DNA from: Octopus bimaculoides
Lineage: Eukaryota
Direction of reading: 5' to 3'
DNA length: 64,000 nucleotides
Assembly (NCBI RefSeq): GCF_001194135.2
Contig: NC_069004.1
Span: forward strand, 2,289,058 to 2,353,057
Shown: in pieces, positions 51,581 to 61,300 of the stretch
Layout of the letters: every line of letters starts with the position of its first letter
Position numbering within the stretch: the stretch's first letter is position 1
The notes under the pieces: generated by a model
Told to the model about the DNA's origin: nothing
Seen by the model: only the letters and a program-made list of their open reading frames with translations
Database searches by the model: none
Translations under genes and position numbers: made by a program

Positions 51581-53922
51581 CATGCAAAGGTGTATGCATA
51601 TTTGTATTCTGGGTATAGAAATGTACTGAAATGATTGTTATTGTACAAAACAAACAATACGACTTTTGCTGTCATAAATCAAATTCATAGTTAACTTCTT
51701 TATTAGAAAATGCTAGTCCTGACGTACAAGATTACTGTTGTGGAACACAATTATTATAAGTAGGTTAGTGACAAAATAAAGAGAAATATTCAGCTAAAAC
51801 CTGTAACACCTTGTGTAAAAAAATTGTGTCAGGCAAATGAATAATTAGCTTACCTTTTGTTGAAAGCCCACTTCCGTTTAAATGAAAGCTGAGTATATCG
51901 AACAGATATGACTAAGTGGTAAGACATTTAATGGCTTAGAGTTAGATTCACCCTCTTCGATACCCTGCAATTTCTGAACCAGGGGCCCTTTACTGGATGC
52001 AGTTTAACCCTTTAGCATTCAGATTATTCTATCAAATGAAATGACCGCAGTAGTTCTCTAACTGAACTGGTTGATCCTGGCCATTGACAGCTTGTATCTG
52101 TTCATCCACTCAGCATTCAGTGAAATTTGTCATTGATTCCAATAAGTCTGTTTGTTGAAATAGTTCACATCCACTATATTGGAATCCCATGATTTCAACA
52201 TATCCTAAATATATATATATATATATTTGTATATACTTGTGAGAGTGTGTGTGTGTGTCTGTGTTTCCTTGTCTTGATATCGTGTGATTGTTGTAAATGA
52301 ATGTTATTATTACCAATCTTCTACAAAAACTTGTCTGCTCATGGGGGAAATATTACCTTTTTTGTATCTACATCATACTTCTTCCTCACTTTTTCGAATT
52401 TCCATTCATTCTTAAGTTCTCCATTTCTTTTCTTGACAAGTATTGACACTAATTGTTCAAGGAGTTTATATCTTCAGAAATTCTCCATTTTTACCACAGT
52501 TGTTTACTACCTCTTCTATCTGCCATTGCTCTGTTCTCAGTACTTCTCAATCCCATCCTTTCCACCACACTCCTACTAGTAGCCTTGATCAGATTGTTTG
52601 TGTGATGTTCTTTGTTTCAATGTGTCTCAATACATTATTGACTTTATTCATCTCTTGATTTAGTCTCCATTGGTTAACCTTCTTAAAGTCACACACAAAT
52701 TTTGTCCCTTCTGTATTTAATAGATCCAAAATTCTTTCTATTATTAATTGATCTTCATTATTTGAGTAGTCACAGATTGCAATTCATGATATTATATTCC
52801 TGCAAACAATTGTCCATTTCCTCCACTGTACCACTTTCACTTCTCACATGTCCAACATCACCCGACATCCTTCTTTTAATAGCTTCTTGCTCCAATTTTG
52901 TTAACCATCCATTCTTTTGTATTGTTCTTGTTTGGTCACATAATCTCTGTTCAGTAATTTCGAACGGTTCCATTGCCTTCCATTCAGTGTGCTTTCATTT
53001 ATTGTACCCTCTGACAGGCATGCCATTGACATCCACTGGCAGTAACACTCCATAACCATCATGTTTACTCCACCTATGCCTTATTATTATTATTATTTAT
53101 TTTTATAACATGCTTTCACTTCACTACCGAGCGCAGCTCTGTTTGCCTTGGTATGTGCTGTGGTTTGCTGTGATGCTCTTATGGTTACTGTATTGAGTGT
53201 TTTGCGTAGGATGTGTGCAGTGCCCAGTAGTGCAATTTTCTGTATGTTATATATATTTGTAAGTCCTGGTGTTTTTGTTATGTATTTGTCTGAATATTTA
53301 TTATTATTATTTTTTTTTTCCAGGTCAAAAGACATCAGGCACTGTACTCTTAGTGACTTTTCACGAAGATTCCCATGATGAACAACTTACCCACATATTG
53401 AAAAATGTTTTTGAAAAGAACTTCAAATGGATTGTAGACACGGTTGATGCAAAAGAACACTCCCGTCTGAACAACTATCCCACTTTCCAAGAGCAAGCTA
53501 TTTTCTTTATCATGCCATCTCATTGGAAATGCGATGCAGATTCAAGAGAAATGACAGCGATATTTGTTTTCAATAGTTTATCTACGAATTCTTCTCTGCC
53601 AGCAGCTGTTATCTACCAACAGGCTAAGACAGATATACCGAAATGCTTACATAAACTACCAAAATTTCATATCATAGAAGACATTATGAAAATATTTAAG
53701 CATGTGTATAAAACATATGATGTACATAGCAAGTGTTTATCTCTTGTCAAACTCATTTTTTCGCCTGTTCATCAAGACCAAATTTATAAATGTTCCACTT
53801 GGAAAAAACTGAAAGAATCCATTGAAGGATTGTCAGACTCTGAATGTTTTTGTGAAGACAAAGCCACACAGGGGTCGACGTTATTGGCTCCCCACACATT
53901 TCAGGCCTTGTTCCTAGAGTAG
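42377..53922 (+). CDS. Interleukin-17-receptor-like / SEFIR-domain type I transmembrane protein, about 498 aa, 8 exons
   Basis: Exons 42377-42655, 46085-46207 (alternative donor at 46216), 47827-47944, 48244-48389, 48898-48951, 49407-49479, 50766-50870, 53324-53922; total 1497 nt, in frame. Hydrophobic signal-like stretch WTLVVSLVLLLMAQLGSAG; beta-rich ectodomain with an FnIII-like motif VLFSNLDSGKYQIT; TM FPSLIILLSLLLLITITLLVICLLS followed by RKH. The last exon aligns by eye to the SEFIR pattern (VLLVTFHEDSH..., AIFFIMPS, AIFVFNSL, AAVIYQ, IPKCLHKLPKFHIIEDIMKIFKHV). Family assignment is by motif recognition, not by HMM. Confidence 0.72.
45800..46021. mobile_element. Second piggyBac-like MITE family (about 220 bp)
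   Basis: TTAA-CCCTTTAGTG...CACTAAAGGG-TTAA; other copies at about 4805-4925, 5550-6263 (interrupted by SINEs) and 48010-48190 (truncated). Confidence 0.75.
47416..48379. repeat. Perfect 160-bp inverted repeat: 47416-47575 is the reverse complement of 48220-48379, spacer 644 bp
   Basis: Base-by-base comparison shows no mismatch. The ORF track shows the same peptide DEKTILATAAIFPLGTIHAILGISPTSKEFLKQFKLTNLDSLKNLT on - at 47400-47597 as in the + exon at 48244-48389. Confidence 0.95.
49700..50710 (+). mobile_element. Decayed L1/Tx1-clade LINE 3' portion
   Basis: ETILHVPVQCP (CCHC remnant), AVVKEVVWWTRLKG...FFKCHSKRKLRVE...FIER*; ends in AATAAATGAAA followed by an (ATC)n tail near 50697-50735. 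Confidence 0.55.
52690..53300 (-). mobile_element. Two R4/Dong-like non-LTR retrotransposon fragments
   Basis: 52770-52973 encodes EITEQRLCDQTRTIQKNGWLTKLE (N-terminal conserved block); about 53140-53290 encodes IQKIALLGTAHILRKTL (C-terminus of the RLE); (TAA)n on both sides of the latter. Confidence 0.65.
53324..53922 (+). other. SEFIR/TIR-like cytoplasmic domain exon (about 199 aa)
   Basis: Long open frame after a strong polypyrimidine acceptor (ttttttttttccAG at 53323); alternating beta/alpha pattern typical of SEFIR/TIR folds. Confidence 0.7.
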
Positions 53923-54121
53923 AATGAAAAAAAAAAACAAAAAAACTCGGTGGCATATTGGCTCCTATTTCTAGCAATCCATGTACTGTCTTTTTCACCG
54001 TAATGATCTCTATCCTTATAAAAAGCAAAGTTTATTATTTGTGTTCGTATGTTGAGCTTTGAAAACACTAAATATAAAAAGGAAAGTTTCTTTGTTTCTA
54101 CATTGACCAATGAAAACACTC

Positions 54122-54127
54122 AATAAA
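54122..54127 (+). promoter_or_regulatory. Candidate polyadenylation signal of the IL17R-like gene
   Basis: AATAAA about 200 nt after the TAG and upstream of the pogo element. Confidence 0.35.
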
Positions 54128-54303
54128 ATTGATGATATTCCAGGTTTTTGACCATTCCACAGATAACTGTGCACTTATTTTCCGAAAACAGAATGGTGAG
54201 AGAGTAAATTGGTGGTGTATTGGCTCCTATTTCTAGCAATCCACGTACTGTATATTTTTTTTAATAGCATGAGTGAGATTATACTATTAATGGAAAGAAA
54301 ATA

Positions 54304-55473
54304 CCGTAAATCCTCGAGTATAACACGCAGGAGATTTTTAGTGGGGGGGAGCTGTACCTCTGAAAAACCTAAACCTTGTGTATAATACGCACCCCTTCTC
54401 TAACTTGAGTCAAGGAGGTCTATATAACATCCTTGGTTTGTAAACATATATACAGTACCGTCCTTTATTATTATTGTATATATAACAATGCAAACGTGTA
54501 GCTTTTTTGTGGACTTTGCTTGCAGAAAATAAATAACAGTAATAACGTCAGTGAAAAATAAATATTAAGTAAATTGGCTTTCACATAATTTATCACTATC
54601 AGTTACAAAAGCAAAAACATTTATTCAAATCCTTCAAATTCAACGTCACTTTCAGCATCAAATAACTGTTCCATTTGTTCCTCCGTAAACATGTCAGCAT
54701 CATTGTTCTGTAAATCTTCGTCATTGTCAGATTCAGAGTCAACATCAGAAGATTCACTTTCATTTATTTCATCTTTCCATACAACGTTATCCTGAGTACC
54801 ATCCAGTGCAGACGATATACATTTGATAAAACTTTTCATAATAATCTGGGGATCAAGTTCATTCCATGCATACACGATCTATTTGCATGTCAAAGTAATG
54901 TACAAGTTTAAGTCCCGCTTATAAAAAACCATAGTAAAGACCCACAGTAGTTCAAATATTTAATACTGGTATTTTTAATTAAGTATCTATTTGTTTGCCA
55001 CGGTAATGATGCAAACTGCCAATACAAAGAGCATGATGAACTACTTAGAGCTTAACTATTAAGCTCAACTAGTGCGTAATTAAGCCAGCAACACCTGGTT
55101 AAACAAACACTCTCGCGCATACGTAATACAATAATGGTGATGATCTTAACTGTTATAGGGGAACGTAAATATGTTTGCAAATTGTCTTTGTTACATGTTA
55201 TTCTGTGTTCTGAATACTTTTGTTTTAATAAATGCTGCTTACTGCAAGTTATGGATGAGTCTTTTATGACTTCATTGCTTTCAGGCTTAGCTCAAGGTAT
55301 TTCCGTGCCCGACATCACAAAATGCGTCTGAATAAACATTGCCGGTCAGCAAATAGAGACTCGGACATTGCTTAGAAAATATTTTTCATTTTTAACCGCA
55401 TGTATAGTACGCACTAGGGATTTTGACCTTTAAATTTTGGGGGAAAATGCAGATTATACTCAAGGATTTACGG
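54304..55473 (-). mobile_element. Non-autonomous pogo/Tigger-like (Tc1/mariner superfamily) DNA transposon, internal deletion derivative
   Basis: TIRs CCGTAAATCCT(C/T)GAGTATAA (19/20 identical) flanked by TA on both sides. It carries a minus-strand remnant at 54621-54875 (AWNELDPQIIMKSFIKCISSALDGTQDNVVW + acidic tail) resembling the C-terminus of pogo DDE transposases. Confidence 0.85.
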
Positions 55474-55487
55474 TAACTACAAATGTG

Positions 55488-55631
55488 GGTAAATTTTCAG
55501 ATTAACACCCGCACGATTTTCACTAGGGTGTTAGGGATAGGGTTTTAAGGTTGGGGTTTTAGGGTTAGGGACGGAATTCCCACCCTAACACCCGAGTGAA
55601 AATCGTGCGGGTGTTAATCTGAAAATTTACC
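55488..55631. mobile_element. 144-bp MITE with 49-bp TIRs, 8-bp TSD and telomere-like core (Merlin-like)
   Basis: TIRs 55488-55536 and 55583-55631 (48/49 identical) begin with GG; perfect CAAATGTG duplication at 55480-55487 and 55632-55639; core contains TTAGGG-like units. Confidence 0.85.
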
Positions 55632-56449
55632 CAAATGTGTACCTCCGCCCCCACCGACTTTGTTTCCTCTGAAAAAAATGGATTTTTCTTCGATAAAATT
55701 TTTAACAAATATATATCAGCTGATATAGCTTACGGTTCTGTCAGAATTGAAAATAAAAAAAAATAAAATGGTGGGGTGGANNNNNNNNNNNNNNNNNNNN
55801 NNNNNNNNNNNNNNNNNNNNNNNNNNNNNNNNNNNNNNNNNNNNNNNNNNNNNNNNNNNNNNNNNNNNNNNNNNNNNNNNNNNNNNNNNNNNNNNNNNNN
55901 NNNNNNNNNNNNNNNNNNNNNNNNNNNNNNNNNNNNNNNNNNNNNNNNNNNNNNNNNNNNNNNNNNNNNNNNNNNNNNNNNNNNNNNNNNNNNNNNNNNN
56001 NNNNNNNNNNNNNNNNNNNNNNNNNNNNNNNNNNNNNNNNNNNNNNNNNNNNNNNNNNNNNNNNNNNNNNNNNNNNNNNNNNNNNNNNNNNNNNNNNNNN
56101 NNNNNNNNNNNNNNNNNNNNNNNNNNNNNNNNNNNNNNNNNNNNNNNNNNNNNNNNNNNNNNNNNNNNNNNNNNNNNNNNNNNNNNNNNNNNNNNNNNNN
56201 NNNNNNNNNNNNNNNNNNNNNNNNNNNNNNNNNNNNNNNNNNNNNNNNNNNNNNNNNNNNNNNNNNNNNNNNNNNNNNNNNNNNNNNNNNNNNNNNNNNN
56301 NNNNNNNNNNNNNNNNNNNCAAACTTCTCATTTATAATAAAAGTGAACATCAAATTAATAACAATTTTAAAACAATCTGAAGAAATAATATATGGGAACA
56401 ATTTATAGAATTAGATACAAACGTAAATATCTCTGTATATTTAAACAGA

Positions 56450-57424
56450 TTAAAATTTGTACCCCAACATATAGACCATCCATGAAGGAATTTTCAAAAA
56501 ACCCGGGATCCATTCAGCTTTACTTCTGGAAATCTTGAAGAAGTGAGTGGCAAGAAACCTCAGTGAGCGCAGGGACCACGGCTTCTTGCCATCAATATCA
56601 ACAAGACTATATTCGTCTGCCAGATCACCTGTCGGTAATATACGCCCGGTTTTCTTCATCAGGTTCGCTTTGTCACTCAAAATTTTAACAATACATTTTC
56701 CACTGAATTCGGTGCTCTCTCCGTTCAGAAACCCTTCTCTGATGTGCTCATACCCCTTTGGTAGATCAGATGGGTCAGATGAGGAGTAAAGGTCCTTTAT
56801 AGTTTCAGTCTGAACAAAGCCTGGCCACAAACTGAAGCAAGCCACGCCGTGTTTTTTAAGTTCGTGAGCTAAATCAACTGCCATTCTGTCGCAAGCTTCT
56901 TTGCCGACACCATAAGCGACATTGAATGTATAGACCAGGCCACCACCCGAAGACACAATGACGATGAGCCCAGATTTGCGAGGAACCATCATTTTAGCAG
57001 CATATACTGAACAGATATAATGGTTACGTAACCCAACGTTATTAATGTCGTCCCAGATACTGATCGGTTGTTCCCAAAATGGTTTGGCAGTCACATCGAT
57101 TAAAGAATTAACAGCTGAATACGCATTGTTTACCAACAGATCCAGCTGTCCGTTTTGTTCGGACTTTATCTTGTCGAACAGTCGTTCAATTTCATCATCT
57201 TTGGTGTGGTCAACCTGTACTGCAACGCCGCGTCCACCCCGTCCGTTTATCTCTTCGACCGTTTCCTCCAGTGACCCAAGGCTTTTTTCAGTTTTGCGTA
57301 ATGTTCGTCCAGTCACATAAACAGTAGCACCAGCTTCACCCAGCTGGACAGCAATACCTTTTCCAATTCCTCTCGTAGCTCCAGTTACAAGACAAACAAG
57401 TCCAGACAAAGGTTTGGCCATCAT
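56450..57424 (-). CDS. DHRS1: Dehydrogenase/reductase SDR family member 1, single coding exon, 324 aa
   Basis: Uninterrupted ORF from ATG 57424 (MMAKPLSGLVCLVTGATRGIGKGIA...) with SDR motifs TGxxxGxG, NNAY and YGVGK (YxxxK). Segments such as GATVYVTGRT, KPFWEQP..IWDDINNVGLRNHYICSVYAA and GESTEFSGKCIV are characteristic of DHRS1. The ORF track start at 57475 is a non-ATG extension. Confidence 0.95.
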   Translation of the reverse strand: MMAKPLSGLVCLVTGATRGIGKGIAVQLGEAGATVYVTGRTLRKTEKSLGSLEETVEEINGRGGRGVAVQVDHTKDDEIERLFDKIKSEQNGQLDLLVNNAYSAVNSLIDVTAKPFWEQPISIWDDINNVGLRNHYICSVYAAKMMVPRKSGLIVIVSSGGGLVYTFNVAYGVGKEACDRMAVDLAHELKKHGVACFSLWPGFVQTETIKDLYSSSDPSDLPKGYEHIREGFLNGESTEFSGKCIVKILSDKANLMKKTGRILPTGDLADEYSLVDIDGKKPWSLRSLRFLATHFFKISRSKAEWIPGFLKIPSWMVYMLGYKF

Positions 57425-58314
57425 GCGAGCTTCGGTGTATATTAGTCGGAACGAATACCTAGACCAGCAAAGCAAACACCCCGGTGTGAACTCAACAGCA
57501 TCCCCACTTTATATTTATATAAAAAGAAAAAAACTATGGAAACCAAACGTTGCAAAAAATGAAAGTAATTTTATTTTTAGTTTCTAAAGTATTCAGAAAT
57601 TAAGCAATAAACCGATAAATATTTCAACATTATTGAGCTGGTATTGTTCATAGACTAATGCTTTTATAATTGATCTAAGCGTGGTCTGTAGTCGACAGGA
57701 GATAATAAAAATAGTGATCGAATTGTTTATTTCCCTTCTACACTGCCTTATTTATTGACTTATATTGCATGGCTGCTGCCTCAGGCCAGATATATGAAGA
57801 TGGGTGTGTAGCAAACTCATAAGAGGCGGAGAGAGAACATAGGTTCGTTTGCCCGAACAGGTGGAATTGTTGATTGCTCATTGGTTAAATTAACAAAATT
57901 TTCACGGAACTGGAAGGCAAAAAAAGTATTTCGAACAGAAAAATTCTTTCAAAGAAGGAAACAAGCATCCAATTCCTTGTTCTATTCCTTCTCCATGTGA
58001 TAGTCATAACCATTACAAAAGTCTGCAAGTAAAATCACTTCGATCTTGAAATGAGAGACCGGCCCTGTTTTCGAGGATCGTTCTATGAAATTACAAGTTC
58101 ATTAATGTTCTAAACACCAGCATAATAAATATTAAGTTGTTTTACTAAATTCTTCATTATTTTCAAAATTAAATTAAACAAAGACAAAGTACTTCGACAG
58201 AAATACTGTGTGAAAAAGCTTAAGTTTATGGACTATTATTTTAGTGTGGACGTTCTACAAGCTACACCGACTAATTGAATTTCTGCGAACTTTTTCATCA
58301 CAAGCTAAAAAGAA
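57425..58314. promoter_or_regulatory. Putative bidirectional promoter / 5' region between DHRS1 and TRMT11
   Basis: Divergent ATGs 890 bp apart; unique, SINE-free and relatively CpG-containing sequence. No TSS can be placed. Confidence 0.55.
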
Positions 58315-61300
58315 ATGAATTCGGCCAGCGTGTCCAGGTGCCGCTTTTTACTACATTTTGCAAACGAACATTTAGATTTCCGTCTACCAGTATGTAATGA
58401 CATCATTTTGTTTCTTCTTAGTCTTCTATATAACGTCTGTATCTCTAATAGTGACTTGAGTTACTTTTGGGGTTGACTTCGTGATTGAAAATGAAACCGG
58501 CAAAAATAGAGAACGGTAACCACTTGGTTTCCTTGGTTTACCGAAACGAATAAATAAATGTGTTTGTATGATGGGGGAGGGCATAGGTTTGGTTGTATGG
58601 ATATGGAATTCGCTTTATAAACATGTGGTTTCGAGTTCTATCACACTCAGTCGCGCCTTGGGCGAGTGTCTTCTTTAGCCTTGGGCCGATCAATTCCTTG
58701 TGAGTAGAATTGGTAGACAGAAACTGCTTGGAAGCCCGTTATATGTGTATATATGAATGTGTGCATACTTGTCTCTCTAAATATTGACATTTCCTGTCAG
58801 CAAATCAGCTTTTTTGCGCTACAGCTTCGAAAACAAGTATAATGATAATAATAATAGTTTCAAATTTTGTCACAAGGGCAGCAGTTAGATATATATANNN
58901 NNNNNNNNNNNNNNNNNNNNNNNNNNNNNNNNNNNATAGATAGATAGATAGATGAAACTTTTTTTAGAGTGACATATTTTCTCTAAGCGATTTATAAATA
59001 TTTTTTTTATTGGTTGTTTTCTTTTTGTTGATTTTTCAAGCTAAAAGTAAAATGCTTTGCCAAAACTTGTCTTGTTCTTGATGTTTTTATATAGGAACTG
59101 CACTCAGTTGCAGAAATTCTGGGAATACCACTAAAGATCAAGGAATATGAAAGACAAACTAAGGTAAGGACTTTATTTAAAAAAAAAAAAAATTCAATTC
59201 AAGTCATCAGTTAATAATCAAGGGGAAATAACAAAGGCTAAAGTTGGTATCGAGACCTCAGGGGCCTACCATAGTTTTGATAAATATCACACCAAAGAAA
59301 AGAATAATAATTAATGAGTATAGTGATGAATTTAGTGTACAGCTAGGTGTTCATCAGGGTTTGGTTCTCAGTCCCCCCTCCTATTTATCATTGTACTCTT
59401 GGCTGTAACAAGAAATTCCAGCTGCCTCTGGTAACTGTTATGTACTGATGATCTTGCTCTTATGACAGATTCTTTTACAGAACTAGAAAAGGAATTCCAG
59501 ATGTAGAGGCAAAACTAGGAACCAAAGGGCCTTAAGGTTAACTTAACAAAGACTAAGGTTCTAGTGTGAAAGAAAATGGACAGGACCCTTCCCTCATCAG
59601 TCATAGAAACCATGCCAAATCAGACTGGAGCCTGGTGCAGCTCTCCAGCTTGCTGACTCTGGTCAAACCATCCAACCCATGCCAGCATAGAAAATGGACA
59701 TTAAATAATAATAATAATAATGATGATGATGAAGAAGAATGTTATACACACCCAGTAATATTTTGATTTAATGCTGATTCAAGTATGTCTACCAAAAGTA
59801 ATATTCTTTTCCTGAAATTTCTTTGTAGAGTCCATTTCTGATAGTCGAGGTACCATCTGAAGATAATGTGAAGCAGTTACTGAAGAGAACCATTTTGGTT
59901 AGGTAAGAGGCTCTTCGGTCATTTTGGTCGGGTGGTGTGTATGTTTGTTTATAACAGGAGGCAACAATAAGTGACCCACGAAGGTGTTCTCTGTAGACTC
60001 TGGGCCTTCTCTGAAAATTCTTTCATATTTAAATTTGTGGGCCATCGAGTAGTTGATGGCTTTCTGAGGGACGAAAGACAGGCAGGGTGAATGGATAGCT
60101 CCACACATGGTTGTGTGGTATGAAGCTTGCTTCCCAACTACATGGTTCCAAGTTCAGTCCCACTGCATGACACCTTGGGCAAGTGTATTTTACTATAGCC
60201 CCAGCCTTGTGAGTGGTTTTGATACATGGACACTGAAAGAAGCCTGTCATGTGTGTGTCTGTGTCTCTTCCCCGATTACTGGTTGAGAGATGGCACAGAG
60301 CAGTGCTTTCATTTCGGTCTGCTTTTTTCTTTTTTCTTTTAGGTCAGCATATGAACTGTGGGCCGAAGGGAAAACTCTAGAAAGCCTTAATGAACGCCTC
60401 GCCAAGCTAAGTCCAGAAATTACAGTACGTTCATATTATAACCATGTGCCCTTTTTTTTTTTTCATTTCTTTTTTCTCTCTTTATTGTTTGTTTTCTTTG
60501 TTCGCCCGGTGTGCTAACATTTCTGCCAGCTTGCCATCTTAAAGAAGTAATATTGAACCAGTGTGTGTGCGCGTGTTTATTAATGGTGTAATGATCCTTC
60601 CAAGACCCAATGATAATAATTATTGGTTTTATGCAGTTTATTTTGCAAAGAGATGATTATACAAAAAATAACATTGTATGTATGAATGCAGCTGTATATA
60701 ACATATTCTGATGTAAAATTTATTTTCTCCATATTAATGCTATATTGTCATCTTGATAAATACTGCATTTGTTTTTTGCAGGAACCATACACATCTGCAG
60801 ACTCTACATTTAAAATTGTGGTAGAAGCATTCAATAAGAAAATTCCTCCAAAAGAAAAGTTAGAGAAGATTGAAGTAAGTTAAATGGTCAAGATAATACC
60901 AGGTATTAACCCATTAACTGCCAAATTCTTTTATTCATATTTTTTGGCTTTGAATGGAAAAAAAAAACAAAACAAAAAAACAAACCTACAAAACAATAAA
61001 AGAGAAATTCATTTGGGATACTAAATAAGTCTAGAAATTATTATTGGGTAAATCAAGTAGAAATTTATCTGGGCTGTTGATAACCGTATCGGAGTGGCAG
61101 GCGTTAGGAATCGGGCATCCAGCTAGATCAAATTGGAGTTATTTCCATTTTTACTATTTAAATTTCATTTCAGAAATCTAATTTTTATTTTCATTATATT
61201 TACCTATTTATCCTCATATTTGTTCACATTAGTCCCTTCCTTGGACGGAATTAGGATTAAAAGGCAAAATACGACTGGAGAATCCTGACCACAGTTTCTA

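Noticed and set aside
56547-57320. Plus-strand ORFs 56547-56789 and 57045-57320
   Set aside because: Antisense shadows of the DHRS1 CDS.
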